This document shows, piece by piece, positions 1 to 10,389 of a stretch of DNA of 38,653 nt. Position 1 is the stretch's first letter, and each line of letters begins with the position of its first letter. The position numbers and the translations under genes were made by a program. The notes under the pieces were generated by a model. The model searched no databases, had not been told where the DNA came from, and saw only the letters and a list, made by a program, of their open reading frames with translations. Source of the DNA: Gammaproteobacteria bacterium (GTDB lineage: Bacteria > Pseudomonadota > Gammaproteobacteria > Pseudomonadales > JAHFSE01); NCBI GenBank assembly GCA_023265895.1, contig JAHFSE010000010.1, forward strand, positions 7,250-45,902. Direction: 5' to 3'.

Positions 1-1181
1 GGATTTAAAAAACGCTCGAACAGTAAATCGTAAACCAATGGATCTAAATCCGTAATACCCAATACATAAGCAACTAAAGATCCTGCACCAGAACCACGGC
101 CTGGCCCTACCGGTACACCATTATTTTTAGCCCAACGAATAAAATCCATCACAATCAGAAAATAACCAGCAAAACCCATCTGATTAATAATGCCAAGCTC
201 TTCGTCTAAACGATTTTGATAATCAAGCAACGAAAATACTTCTCGACCCACGAGGGTCTCTTTTAATCGTGATTGCAAACCTTCTTGCGCTTGCTGAATT
301 AAATAATTTTCTACCGTGAATTCTTTCGGAATAGGATACTGTGGCAAATAATATTTACCCACTGGCACATCCACTGTGCAACGTCTCGCAATTTCTACAC
401 TGTTGGCTAAGGCTTCCGGTAAATCAGCAAATAATTGCTGCATCTCTTCTGCTGATCTTAAATATTGCTGTTCGCTATAACGACGAGGCCGATTAGGATC
501 GTCTAACAAGCGCCCTTCATGGATACACACTCGCACTTCGTGAGCTTCAAAATCTTCTGGTTGTAAAAAATGAACATCGTTGGTTGCAACTACTGGACAT
601 GAAAATTCACTCGCAAGTTGAATTGTATGATGTAATATTTCTTCTTCTTTTGCTCGCCCCGTACGCTGTACTTCCAAATAAAAATGTTGAGGGAAAATTT
701 GCATGAAAGCCTGCAGTGTTTGCTTGGCCTCTGTTAACTTTTCCGCCGCTAATAATTGTCCAATCTCGCCGGATAATCCACCGCTTAACGCAATCAGTCC
801 TTCACTAAAATCAGCTAACCAAGACCACTGCACAATAGGCCGACCTGCGACTTGGCCTTCTTGATAAGCTTTAGACAGTAGTTGAATAATATGCCGATAA
901 CCCTGCTGATTTTTTGCTAACAAACACAGTCTAAAGACGCTATTAGATTGATAGGGCGACTGTAACCAAATATCACTGCCATAAATAGGTTTAATCCCTT
1001 GCGCTGTTGCTGCTTTCTGAAATTTCACTAAACCAAATAAATTACTGTCATCCGTCACAGCCACTGCAGGCATATTAAATTCTATTAATTTTTTAATTAA
1101 CGACTTAATACGCACAATACCATCTACCAACGAATATTCGGTATGTACACGTAAATGAATGAATGAAGGCAGCTGCGTCAT
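1..1181 (-). CDS. dnaE: DNA polymerase III alpha subunit, 5' part (runs off the window start)
   Basis: Read manually: ATG at 1181 gives [21 protein letters not shown] (PHP domain start) and later [15 protein letters not shown]...ITDLDP...LLFERFLNP. An in-frame ATG at 1187 abuts the rnhB stop. Canonical position after rnhB. Confidence 0.97.
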   Translation of the reverse strand, partial: MTQLPSFIHLRVHTEYSLVDGIVRIKSLIKKLIEFNMPAVAVTDDSNLFGLVKFQKAATAQGIKPIYGSDIWLQSPYQSNSVFRLCLLAKNQQGYRHIIQLLSKAYQEGQVAGRPIVQWSWLADFSEGLIALSGGLSGEIGQLLAAEKLTEAKQTLQAFMQIFPQHFYLEVQRTGRAKEEEILHHTIQLASEFSCPVVATNDVHFLQPEDFEAHEVRVCIHEGRLLDDPNRPRRYSEQQYLRSAEEMQQLFADLPEALANSVEIARRCTVDVPVGKYYLPQYPIPKEFTVENYLIQQAQEGLQSRLKETLVGREVFSLLDYQNRLDEELGIINQMGFAGYFLIVMDFIRWAKNNGVPVGPGRGSGAGSLVAYVLGITDLDPLVYDLLFERFLN

Positions 1182-1187
1182 ATGCAT

Positions 1188-1775
1188 TTAAGCCTCTAAC
1201 AAAGCTTTGACTGGCGCAAAGGATCGACGATGAATTGGGGAGGGCCCTAGTTGTTGTAAGGCTAAACAATGGGCTCGAGTAGGATAGCCTTTATGCTGCG
1301 CTAAACCATAACCGGGATAACGTTGATCTAACAAAATCATTTCTTGGTCGCGTGCTACTTTTGCAATAATAGATGCAGCGCCAATGACTTTTACTTTCAA
1401 ATCACCTTGGATAATGGCTTGACTGGGATAAACCCATTGAGGACACAGGTTACCATCCACCAAAACTTGATCCGGCACACACGCCAGTTGTTGTACTGCA
1501 CGTTTCATGGCTAATAAGCTGGCTTGTAAAATATTCAGCTGATCAATTTCTTCTACTTCAGCGCGTCCAATGGCCCACGCAATGGATAAGTCACGAATTT
1601 GCACAGCAATTTTTTCTCGCTGCTTTTCCGATAATTTTTTTGAATCAGTAATTTGAGCAATGGGTTTCAATGGATTTAAAATCACCGCAGCGGCAATCAC
1701 CGCGCCCGCCAAAGGCCCTCGCCCTACTTCATCTACACCAGCAATTTTAGTTAAGTCGGAAAATAATAAAGGCAT
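1188..1775 (-). CDS. rnhB: Ribonuclease HII
   Basis: [39 protein letters not shown] and HRRSF motifs; lpxB-rnhB-dnaE order. Confidence 0.98.
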   Translation of the reverse strand: MPLLFSDLTKIAGVDEVGRGPLAGAVIAAAVILNPLKPIAQITDSKKLSEKQREKIAVQIRDLSIAWAIGRAEVEEIDQLNILQASLLAMKRAVQQLACVPDQVLVDGNLCPQWVYPSQAIIQGDLKVKVIGAASIIAKVARDQEMILLDQRYPGYGLAQHKGYPTRAHCLALQQLGPSPIHRRSFAPVKALLEA

Positions 1776-1815
1776 CTCAAATATCCCAAGTCATCTCACT
1801 TAAAAATTTACTGGA

Positions 1816-2964
1816 TCAAGATGACGTTGCTAGTAAATTCACAATCGCTGTTGCTGCTTCTTGACTGGCATTTAATCGCAATTGTTGATGTATGTTTAAA
1901 AATTCTTGCATTAACAAGGGTTGATCAACCTGTTCCAATTGTTCTAACACAGCCGCAACAATGGACGCACTCACACACTGTTCTTGTACCAGCTCTGGCA
2001 CTAATAATCGATCCGCTAATAAATTAGGTAATGCAATAAAACGACTTTTCACAAAAGGGGCAATCAGATAATGAGTCAGTTTTGCCCATTTATAGACAAC
2101 CACCATGGGTTTTTTTAATAACAAGGCTTCCAAGGTTGCTGTGCCAGATGCCAATACTACACAATCTGCTAAAGCCATCAGGGTATGTGCGTGCCCTTCT
2201 ACTCTGCGCCAAGGAAAATTCGGTAGCTGTTCACCTAATATTTGTTCTAATAAATATTCAAATTGTTCTTGTCGTGCCGCATTGGCCAGTGGCGTAATAA
2301 ATTTTAAATTCGGCATTATCTGATGCAATTGCTGCACTGCCTGAATTAATTCAGGCCCAATATGGGTAAGCTCACCACCGCGGCTCCCTGGCAATATGGC
2401 CAGCACACGATCGTCTGCGGCATAACCCCAACTGGGTCGCAAATCATCTTTAGCAGACTCTAGCTCAATTAAATCCGCTAAAGGATGCCCCACAAATTTA
2501 ACAGCGACCTTATGTTGACGGTAAAAATCCGCTTCAAAGGGAAATAACGTCAACATGAGATCGACACTTTTCTGAATGGTTTTAATTCGTCCTTGTCGCC
2601 ATGCCCAAACAGAAGGACTCACATAATGAACCGTTTTAATACCTGCTAATTTTAATTTTTTTTCTAACCCTAAGTTAAAATCCGGCGCATCAATACCAAT
2701 CATAACATCCGGTTTTATTTTCAATAAACGACGAAATAATTGGTGACGAAGCCATAATAATTTAGGCAATCGTTTAAGCACATCTACAATGCCCATCACG
2801 GCAAGCGCATCTAAGGGAAACCAAGTTTCCAAGCCAACCGCTTGCATTTTTTCACCGCCAATACCGACAAAGCGCGCAGTAGGATAATGGATTTTCAGCG
2901 CTTGAATTAATCCAGCCCCTAATAAATCTCCTGACATTTCACCGGCAATTAAGGCAATAATCAT
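1816..2964 (-). CDS. lpxB: Lipid-A-disaccharide synthase
   Basis: AGEMSGDLLG, IDAPDFN, HYVSPSVWAWRQGR, FVGHPLAD, LPGSR and SGTATLE motifs. Confidence 0.98.
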   Translation of the reverse strand: MIIALIAGEMSGDLLGAGLIQALKIHYPTARFVGIGGEKMQAVGLETWFPLDALAVMGIVDVLKRLPKLLWLRHQLFRRLLKIKPDVMIGIDAPDFNLGLEKKLKLAGIKTVHYVSPSVWAWRQGRIKTIQKSVDLMLTLFPFEADFYRQHKVAVKFVGHPLADLIELESAKDDLRPSWGYAADDRVLAILPGSRGGELTHIGPELIQAVQQLHQIMPNLKFITPLANAARQEQFEYLLEQILGEQLPNFPWRRVEGHAHTLMALADCVVLASGTATLEALLLKKPMVVVYKWAKLTHYLIAPFVKSRFIALPNLLADRLLVPELVQEQCVSASIVAAVLEQLEQVDQPLLMQEFLNIHQQLRLNASQEAATAIVNLLATSS

Positions 2965-3734
2965 TAACGTACAATGCCTCGTTTCGAATGTTCTAACGAA
3001 GTCATAAATAATTTTAATTGCTCACTGGCTGGTAATTTCTGCAATTGTAATAAAGCCTCTTTTAATGTTAGACCTTGTCGATACACAATTTTATAGGCAT
3101 CTTTTAATTGTCGAATTAATGCTGGAGAATCCCCACGACGACGCATGCCTTCCACATTTAAACCATGGGTAGCAGCAGGATGACCACTGACCATGACAAA
3201 AGCAGGGACATCCATATTAATCACTGAAAACATGCCCGCCATACTGTAAGCACCAATTTGACAAAATTGATGCACACCCGTAAAACCTCCTAAAATAACA
3301 CCATCACCCACAGTAACGTGACCCGCCAAAGTAGCATTATTAGCAAATACGGTGTGATTACCTACCACACAATCATGTGCAATATGCACATAGGCCATAA
3401 TCCAATTATGATGACCCATCCGAGTTTCACCACGATCTTGTGCTGTGCCACGATGCAACGTGACGTATTCTCGAATGACGTTGTGATCACCCACGATTAA
3501 TTTTGTAGGTTCTCCTCGATATTTTTTATCTTGGCAAGCTTCACCAATAGAACTAAAAGAATAAAACTGATTATTTTTACCAATTTCCGATGGTCCACGA
3601 ATAACCACATGTCCATCAATACGAGTCCCCGAATCAATAGAAACATCCGGGCCAATTATTGAATAGGGACCCACATCAACATCACTGGCTAATTCCGCCT
3701 TAGCATCAATGATTGCGGTAGGATGAATAGCCAT
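2964..3734 (-). CDS. lpxA: Acyl-ACP--UDP-N-acetylglucosamine O-acyltransferase
   Basis: Hexapeptide repeats, QDKKY, HRGT, HIAHDC (catalytic His), LAGHV and VHQF; directly upstream of lpxB. Confidence 0.98.
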   Translation of the reverse strand: MAIHPTAIIDAKAELASDVDVGPYSIIGPDVSIDSGTRIDGHVVIRGPSEIGKNNQFYSFSSIGEACQDKKYRGEPTKLIVGDHNVIREYVTLHRGTAQDRGETRMGHHNWIMAYVHIAHDCVVGNHTVFANNATLAGHVTVGDGVILGGFTGVHQFCQIGAYSMAGMFSVINMDVPAFVMVSGHPAATHGLNVEGMRRRGDSPALIRQLKDAYKIVYRQGLTLKEALLQLQKLPASEQLKLFMTSLEHSKRGIVR

Positions 3735-3746
3735 GGTTAATTCCTC

Positions 3747-4409
3747 TTAAAAGTATTTTTCCCCAAGGGATCTAGAACGGATGATTTTTGCAGGAACACC
3801 ACCCACAAGCATTAAGTCTTCTACTGAATCGATGACGGCAGCACCCGCAGCCACCACACAATGTTTGCCGATGGTCAAACACTGAATCACACTAGCCCCC
3901 ATACCAACAGCTGCACCAACACCAATTCGAGTCGCACCACCCACGGCTGCTTGCGGTGCAAGACTGGCAAAGTCTTCTAATAATGCGTCGTGCTCAAGGA
4001 CACTGTTAGAATTTAAAATACAGTGTGCGCCAATGACAGCATCACTATTGACCGTAACGCCTGCCATAATAACGCTGCCTTCACCTATAGCAACATTAGC
4101 TGCAACAGTGGCACGAGGATGAATTGCAGTCAGGAAACGAAGCGTCGGTTGATTTTGACGAATGCTTTCTACCACTCTTTGACGAATAAAATTATCACCA
4201 ATCGCTACCACAATTTCATCAATCGCATACTCCGTCATTAACTGCGGTAATTGTTCCTGTCGACCTATAATTGCATATCCTTTGATACGCGCTCCAATGG
4301 GGTGTTGCAAATCTAACAATCCCATGATTTTGGCCGCATTTTGAGACTCAATAATATCTATGATGACTTTGGCATGCCCAGAGGCACCAATAATCAGACA
4401 ATTTTTCAT
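3747..4409 (-). CDS. NeuD/PglD-family sugar O/N-acetyltransferase (hexapeptide repeat), 220 aa
   Basis: Start placed at MKNCLIIGASGHAKVIID (ATG 4409 overlaps the tmk TGA as ATGA). Contains VAIGDNFIR, IHPRATVA, EHD and GVPAK, typical of the NeuD/PglD family. Confidence 0.88.
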   Translation of the reverse strand: MKNCLIIGASGHAKVIIDIIESQNAAKIMGLLDLQHPIGARIKGYAIIGRQEQLPQLMTEYAIDEIVVAIGDNFIRQRVVESIRQNQPTLRFLTAIHPRATVAANVAIGEGSVIMAGVTVNSDAVIGAHCILNSNSVLEHDALLEDFASLAPQAAVGGATRIGVGAAVGMGASVIQCLTIGKHCVVAAGAAVIDSVEDLMLVGGVPAKIIRSRSLGEKYF

Positions 4410-5056
4410 TGGAGGTTTAATCCCAATCGAGCATTGACTTGCGCTAATAAATCTTGGGTGACTTGCTCTGGTGTTGCCGACGCATCCAATATTACATGAC
4501 CTTGTGGATCCGCCTGCGCACACTGCAAAAAGGCAGCACGCACTTGCTCATGATAAGCTGCGTCTTTTTGTTCAAAACGATTTTCATGACCACCCCTTGC
4601 TTTTGCTCTGGCTAATGAAACAGTCGGCGGTACATCTAACAACAGCGTTAAATCGGGCGCAAAGTTTCCCACAACCAAATGATGTATGTGCTCGACGACT
4701 GCTAAACCTAAACCACCTGCAATCCCTTGAAAGGCTCGAGAAGAATCGGCAAAACGATCGCTGATCACCCAAGTATTGTTGGCTAACGCAGGCCATACGG
4801 TTTGGCATAAGTGAGAACGCCGCGCTGCATAAACCAATAATAATTCGGTCATGGCATCCCATTTATTGGGATCACCTTCCACCAATAATCGACGAATTTC
4901 TTCTGCACCGGGTGAACCACCCGGTTCACGAGTGAGTAATACGGAATAACCCGCCGCCTGCATGGCCGCATATAATTGTTTGGATTGCAAACCTTTACCG
5001 GCACCATCCACACCATCAATCACAATCATTTTAGCGGTGGTTTGTGTTGCATTCAT
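4406..5056 (-). CDS. tmk: Thymidylate kinase
   Basis: P-loop DGVDGAGK, TREPGG, ELLL..AAR, DRF..S...FQG, PDLTLLLD and RFE motifs; follows mltG. Confidence 0.95.
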   Translation of the reverse strand: MNATQTTAKMIVIDGVDGAGKGLQSKQLYAAMQAAGYSVLLTREPGGSPGAEEIRRLLVEGDPNKWDAMTELLLVYAARRSHLCQTVWPALANNTWVISDRFADSSRAFQGIAGGLGLAVVEHIHHLVVGNFAPDLTLLLDVPPTVSLARAKARGGHENRFEQKDAAYHEQVRAAFLQCAQADPQGHVILDASATPEQVTQDLLAQVNARLGLNLQ

Positions 5057-5068
5057 GATGTGCTCACT

Positions 5069-6088
5069 CTACTGACCTAACTGATATTTTCTAACGGCCT
5101 GCTCATGCTCAGACAAGGTGGTTGAAAAATAATGACTGCCATCGCCTTTGGCGACAAAATATAATGCGGTGCCTAAGGCAGGATGCAATACCGCATGAAT
5201 AGCTGAGCGCCCTGGTGCTGCAATAGGTGTAGGCGGCAATCCTGCACGGGTATAAGTGTTATAAGGGGTATCACTCAGTAAATGTGCGCGGGTTAAATTG
5301 CCGTGAAATTCTGAACCTAAACCATAAATGACGGTGGGATCTGTTTGCAATCGCATACCTTTGGCTAAACGACGCAGAAAAACACCCGCAATAATGGGTT
5401 GTTCTTTTGGTAATTTAGCCTCTTTTTCCACAATAGAAGCTAGAATTAACGCCTGATAAGGTGTTGCGTAAGGCAAATTCGGCGCACGTTGACTCCAAGC
5501 CTCTGCCAACATTTGTTGCATTCGATAATAAGCACGTTTCAGTAAATCTGCATCCGTGGTATTACCACTGTAGAAATAAGTATCTGGGAAAAATAATCCT
5601 TCAAGATGGGTTTCAGGAATCGCTAATTTTTCCAAAATTTGTGCATCTGTATTTTCTTTTAAACTGGGAATTAATTGATCTTGAACCCACAAAATTTTCT
5701 TAAATTCGGCAACTGTCATGCCTTCGGTCAACTGAACAGAATGCCGCTTGATGGATTGACCCGCGCGCAATTGCACTAAAATATCTAACGGACTGTATCG
5801 GCCAGAGAATTCATATTCACCCGCTTTAATCAGTTGCAATTCAGGATAAAAATGCACATAGGCTTTCAAAAAAAATCCCTGCGCAATCCAATGTCGTTTG
5901 ACCATTTCGTCAATAGCCCAACGCACACTGGCACCTTCTGGCACTATAAAAGAAGTGACGGCTAAGTTTTGTTTGCGGGTAATTGTTGAATAACCATAAA
6001 AAATAGTACCTTCTAAAACAAAAATCAGTGCAATGCTGATTAAAATACTAGATAACCATAATTTATTAGACAGCAGTTTTTTAATCAT
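5069..6088 (-). CDS. mltG: Endolytic murein transglycosylase MltG (YceG)
   Basis: N-terminal TM helix after MIKKLL (start 6088 avoids overlap with pabC); LEGLFFPDTY, LASIVEKE, LQTDPTVIYG, YNTY..GLPPTPI and LYFVAKGDGSH. Confidence 0.96.
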   Translation of the reverse strand: MIKKLLSNKLWLSSILISIALIFVLEGTIFYGYSTITRKQNLAVTSFIVPEGASVRWAIDEMVKRHWIAQGFFLKAYVHFYPELQLIKAGEYEFSGRYSPLDILVQLRAGQSIKRHSVQLTEGMTVAEFKKILWVQDQLIPSLKENTDAQILEKLAIPETHLEGLFFPDTYFYSGNTTDADLLKRAYYRMQQMLAEAWSQRAPNLPYATPYQALILASIVEKEAKLPKEQPIIAGVFLRRLAKGMRLQTDPTVIYGLGSEFHGNLTRAHLLSDTPYNTYTRAGLPPTPIAAPGRSAIHAVLHPALGTALYFVAKGDGSHYFSTTLSEHEQAVRKYQLGQ

Positions 6089-6101
6089 ACAAAAACTCTT
6101 A

Positions 6102-6983
6102 CTAGGACCTGTGAAAAGATGATTCAACCCATGCATGGATTGCTTGTTGACATTGCTGCGTCCTAGGGCCAATGGACCAAGTATGCAATAGCGATGTCGT
6201 TAGTTCAGCGGGTGCAGTTAACGCAACAACAGGAAAAATACCCAAAATATTACTCAGAAAAATTTCATCCGCTTGATAAAGATCTTCAGGCGTTATGATT
6301 TGCTCATGACAAGCATGACCTAACAACGGCATGATTTGGGTCAATAGATGTTGACGCATGACCCCTTGTACACCACACAAGTTTAGCCTAGGCGTAATCC
6401 ATGCGCCCTTCGCATAAATAAATAGATTGGTGCTGGTGCCTTCAATAACGTGCTGATGCTCATCTAACAAAAGCCCTTCGTCACAGTGATATAAATCAAC
6501 TGCTCGCCTTGCCATCACTTGATCCAAGCGATTGAGATGTTTAATGCCTGCTAATTGTGGTTGATGAGCTAAACACCAATCACTTAAGAGCACCGTCATC
6601 CCTTGTGTCTCCAACTGAGCCCAATGATCCGCATCATGAGGAAACCAAGCGATCACACGCGTGGGTTGTAACGGGCTCGGCCAACGATAACCACGTCCTC
6701 CCTCACCCGCAGTGATGGTTATCTTAACGATACCCTCCTGTAAATGGGCGTCACTCAAAATACACTGCTCTAATTCAGAAAATAATAAATCTAGCGAAAG
6801 ATCGATCCCTAAAACGAATAATCCTCGCTGCAAACGTGCTTTATGAAAATCCAATAAAATAATTTTTCCACGCTGCAATCGTAGGGTTTCAAAAACACCA
6901 TGCCCATAGGTCAACCCCCGATCTAACACCGAAATATGTGTAGACATCTGACCATTAATCCAAACTCGATCCATGACTGGCAT
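6102..6983 (-). CDS. pabC: Aminodeoxychorismate lyase (PLP fold type IV)
   Basis: DRGLTYGHGVFET, GGRGY, LAGIKHLNRL (PLP lysine), EGTSTNLF and GVQGVMR; fabF-pabC-mltG-tmk synteny. Confidence 0.93.
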   Translation of the reverse strand: MPVMDRVWINGQMSTHISVLDRGLTYGHGVFETLRLQRGKIILLDFHKARLQRGLFVLGIDLSLDLLFSELEQCILSDAHLQEGIVKITITAGEGGRGYRWPSPLQPTRVIAWFPHDADHWAQLETQGMTVLLSDWCLAHQPQLAGIKHLNRLDQVMARRAVDLYHCDEGLLLDEHQHVIEGTSTNLFIYAKGAWITPRLNLCGVQGVMRQHLLTQIMPLLGHACHEQIITPEDLYQADEIFLSNILGIFPVVALTAPAELTTSLLHTWSIGPRTQQCQQAIHAWVESSFHRS

Positions 6984-6986
6984 GGG

Positions 6987-8252
6987 CTATAACATCCGAC
7001 GAAAAATTAAACTGCCATTGGTACCGCCAAAACCAAAAGAATTAGACATGGCCGTTGTTAATTTCATGGGTCGTGCTTGGTTGGGAATAAAATCTAATCC
7101 GCTAATGGTGGGCGTTTGTAAATTTATAGTCGGCGGCGCAACTTGGTCTAATAATGCCTGTATGGTAATAATCGCCTCTACCGCACCAGCAGCGCCTAAC
7201 ATGTGACCTAACATGGATTTAGTAGAGCTCACCGCAAGCTGCTGACAATGACCTGCAAATAATTGCTTAATGGCAATAGCCTCCGCTTCATCGCCTGCCG
7301 GCGTCGAAGTACCATGGGCATTAATATAATCCACTTCAGCAGGAGTCATGCTCGCATCTTTTAATGCATTTGCCATAGCAGCATAAGCGCCCGCCCCATC
7401 TTCCGGTGGTGCCGTAATATGACAAGCATCAGCGCTCATACCAAAGCCCATCAATTCAGCATAAATAGGTGCGCCACGCTCAACCGCATGTTGATATTCT
7501 TCCAAAACTAAAACACCCGCACCATCAGATAAAACAAAACCATCACGATCAATATCCCAAGGCCGACTGGCTTCCATCGGCGCATCATTACGACGAGACA
7601 AAGCGCGTGCAGCAGCAAATCCAGCCATGCCTAAGGCACTAGAACCAGATTCAGCACCACCAGCAAACATCACATCCGCATCACCATAAGCAATTAAACG
7701 TGCCGCTAAACCAATATTATGTGTGCCCGTGGCGCAAGCGGTCGTGACACTTAAATTAGGCCCGCGCAATCCTAACAAAATAGAAATATTACCAGCAGCC
7801 ATATTGGCAATCGAACCTGAAATTAAAAACGGCGATACTTTACGCGCACCTTGCTGAATTAAAATACGGCTTTGGGCTTCAATCGTATGAATGCCTCCAA
7901 TCCCTGATCCGATACAGGTACCAACCCGCTGAGTATTGATTTGAGTAAGATCTAATTGCGCGTCTTGCTGTGCTTGAAAAGCAGCAGCAATGGCATAATG
8001 AATAAAAGGATCTATTTTTCTGGCTTCTTTTTCTGGTAAATATTGGGTCAGATTAAATTGTTTGACGAGACCAGCAAAACGCACTGACAATCCACTCGCA
8101 TCATAATCTTCAATGAGACAAATACCGCTTTGTCCCTGTAGCAAGCAAGCCCAAGTATCTGGCAGATTATTACCCAGCGGCGTGATTGCACCGCGACCTG
8201 TCACCACAACGCGTCGCTGCTTTGCTGCTGGATTCACTCGGGTTACCGCCAT
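6987..8252 (-). CDS. fabF: 3-oxoacyl-ACP synthase II
   Basis: RRVVVTG, TACATG (catalytic Cys), INAHGTST, GHMLGAAG and SNSFGFGGTN. Confidence 0.97.
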   Translation of the reverse strand: MAVTRVNPAAKQRRVVVTGRGAITPLGNNLPDTWACLLQGQSGICLIEDYDASGLSVRFAGLVKQFNLTQYLPEKEARKIDPFIHYAIAAAFQAQQDAQLDLTQINTQRVGTCIGSGIGGIHTIEAQSRILIQQGARKVSPFLISGSIANMAAGNISILLGLRGPNLSVTTACATGTHNIGLAARLIAYGDADVMFAGGAESGSSALGMAGFAAARALSRRNDAPMEASRPWDIDRDGFVLSDGAGVLVLEEYQHAVERGAPIYAELMGFGMSADACHITAPPEDGAGAYAAMANALKDASMTPAEVDYINAHGTSTPAGDEAEAIAIKQLFAGHCQQLAVSSTKSMLGHMLGAAGAVEAIITIQALLDQVAPPTINLQTPTISGLDFIPNQARPMKLTTAMSNSFGFGGTNGSLIFRRML

Positions 8253-8276
8253 TGTCTTCTCCGTCCTATGGAAACA

Positions 8277-8311
8277 AAAAAACCGCAGATTAATGTCATC
8301 TGCGGTTTTTT
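8277..8311 (-). terminator. Intrinsic terminator-like hairpin after acpP (A/T tracts on both sides)
   Basis: AAAAAACCGCAGAT-taatgtc-ATCTGCGGTTTTTT inverted repeat between acpP and fabF. Confidence 0.75.
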
Positions 8312-8350
8312 AAACAATAAAAATCGAGAAGTATAGCCGTCATTTCTTCA

Positions 8351-8587
8351 TCATTTCTGATGATTGGTCACGTAATCTATCGCTTCCTGTACCTTGGTAA
8401 TTTTCTCAGCATCTTCGTCGGGAATTTCAGTCTCAAATTCTTCTTCAAGCGCCATAACCAACTCTACGGTATCTAAAGAATCAGCACCTAAATCTTCAAC
8501 AAACGATGCATCGTTGGTAACTTCATCTAATTTCACGCCTAATTGCTCTGCTACAATTTTCTTGACGCGTTCTTCAATCGTACTCAT
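8351..8587 (-). CDS. acpP: Acyl carrier protein
   Basis: [20 protein letters not shown] phosphopantetheine motif, 78 aa. Confidence 0.99.
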   Translation of the reverse strand: MSTIEERVKKIVAEQLGVKLDEVTNDASFVEDLGADSLDTVELVMALEEEFETEIPDEDAEKITKVQEAIDYVTNHQK

Positions 8588-8652
8588 ATCCTTTTCTCTC
8601 TGTTGCTCATGGAAAACCCAATTTAATGGCGGGGGTAAGTGTATGCTAAGGC

Positions 8653-9399
8653 TTAGCCCATGTAAATTCCCCCATTCACATGCAAAGTAGCACCAGTCAT
8701 ATAATCCGCTGCTTCCGTCGCCAAAAAGCCAACAATACCCGCAATATCTTTCGGCTCACCCAATCGCTTGAGTGGAATTTGCGCCAGCACTTGCTGTCTT
8801 TGCTCCTCGGTTAAAACATGGGTCATATCGGTATCAATATAGCCCGGCGACACGGTATTTACCGTAATGCCTCGGCCACCCACTTCTCGTGCTAACGCAC
8901 GAGTAAAACCTTCGATGCCTGCTTTACTTGCGGCATAATTCACTTGTCCTGAATTACCTAATCCTGCAACCACAGAACTAATATTGATAATGCGTCCCCA
9001 ACGAAGAGAGGCCATCTGTTTTAAACAAGCCTTACTGAGTCGGTAAGCACCGGATAAATTCACATTAATGACCTGATCCCATTCAGATTCCTTCATACGC
9101 AAAATTAATTGATCACAAACAATGCCGGCGTTATTAACCAAAATGGTGGGTAATTGTTGGCGCTCTTTCAGCACTTCAAATAACTGCGCAATGGAATCTG
9201 GCTGTCCAACATCCAACACAACACCAACACCTTGATCACCTAACAACTCAGTGATCTGCGACGCATGGGCCGACTGCGTTGCTGTGCCAACGACAAAAGC
9301 ACCGAGGGATTTTAAATGCAACGCAATCGCTTGACCAATACCACGACTGGCACCTGTCACTAATGCATATTGACCGGCCAAAGGCGCTGGTTGTGTCAT
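8653..9399 (-). CDS. fabG: 3-oxoacyl-ACP reductase
   Basis: [30 protein letters not shown] and LHVNGG; fab cluster position. Confidence 0.97.
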   Translation of the reverse strand: MTQPAPLAGQYALVTGASRGIGQAIALHLKSLGAFVVGTATQSAHASQITELLGDQGVGVVLDVGQPDSIAQLFEVLKERQQLPTILVNNAGIVCDQLILRMKESEWDQVINVNLSGAYRLSKACLKQMASLRWGRIINISSVVAGLGNSGQVNYAASKAGIEGFTRALAREVGGRGITVNTVSPGYIDTDMTHVLTEEQRQQVLAQIPLKRLGEPKDIAGIVGFLATEAADYMTGATLHVNGGIYMG

Positions 9400-10364
9400 A
9401 GGGAAAATTCCTCTAAAGCCTGGTGTAAACTGGTAATATCTTGTACAGACATAGATTGAATATCTGGCGCAATGCGTTTATTCAAACCACTGAGCACTTT
9501 ACCAGAACCTAATTCTATCAATCGAGTGATACCTGATCCTACGGCTGCTTGAATCACTTCAACCCAACGCACGGGATGATACATTTGTCGAAATAAAGCA
9601 TCACGAATTTGATTATTCAACATATCATCACCGATCGAAATGGGTGTCATTGCTGCGACATCTACATTATTGATCACGAGGCAATTGGGGGAGCGAAAAT
9701 GCACATGCGCAAGATCTGCTTTTAATCTTTCCGCTGCAGGCAACATGAGCGGACAATGAGAGGGTACGCTCATAGCAACAGGAATGACTTTTTTAGCGCC
9801 GTGCATTTTCGCTAATTCCGCCACTCGCTCCACCGCTATTTTCATACCACCAATGACCGTTTGTTCAGGCGTATTAAAATTCGCTGGCGTCACTGGCCCA
9901 AGGTTTTTTGCCATCTCACATAATTCAATGATTTTCTGCGCTGACAAACCTAAAATAGCTGCCATGCTGCCTTCACCTTCGGCTACGGCTTCATTCATAT
10001 AACGAGCACGCTTTTCTACTAAACCAACCGCGTCTGAAAACGCTAACGCATTTGCACACACCAACGCAGTATATTCACCCAAACTATGACCCGCCATCCA
10101 AATAGGATCCGCGCCTTTGGCTTTTTTCCACACACGCCACACAGCGACACCCGCCACTAACATCAGTGGTTGAGTCACTTGAGTTTGTCCTAACACAACA
10201 GCGGGTCCTTGCTGCGCTAATTGCCATAAATCGTAGCCCAATATCTCGGATGCTTCGGCAAAGGTTTTCATCACTTCAGGATATACCGATGCCACCTCAG
10301 CCAACATACCCACCTGCTGAGAGCCCTGACCTGGAAATACAATACCAAAGGATGTTGACGACAT
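9396..10364 (-). CDS. fabD: Malonyl-CoA:ACP transacylase
   Basis: FPGQGSQ, GHSLGEY (catalytic Ser), SVPSHC and PVRW. Confidence 0.98.
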   Translation of the reverse strand: MSSTSFGIVFPGQGSQQVGMLAEVASVYPEVMKTFAEASEILGYDLWQLAQQGPAVVLGQTQVTQPLMLVAGVAVWRVWKKAKGADPIWMAGHSLGEYTALVCANALAFSDAVGLVEKRARYMNEAVAEGEGSMAAILGLSAQKIIELCEMAKNLGPVTPANFNTPEQTVIGGMKIAVERVAELAKMHGAKKVIPVAMSVPSHCPLMLPAAERLKADLAHVHFRSPNCLVINNVDVAAMTPISIGDDMLNNQIRDALFRQMYHPVRWVEVIQAAVGSGITRLIELGSGKVLSGLNKRIAPDIQSMSVQDITSLHQALEEFSL

Positions 10365-10389
10365 AAGCGCTCTTATATTCTGTTCACAA

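Noticed and set aside
3747-4409. Calling the hexapeptide protein LpxD because it precedes lpxA
   Set aside because: It is too short, lacks the LpxD N-terminal uridine-binding domain, and has the NeuD/PglD GAxGHA and AIGDN motifs
4410-4523. N-terminal 38-aa extension of the acetyltransferase ORF
   Set aside because: It overlaps tmk in another frame; the family N-terminus and the ATGA coupling point to 4409
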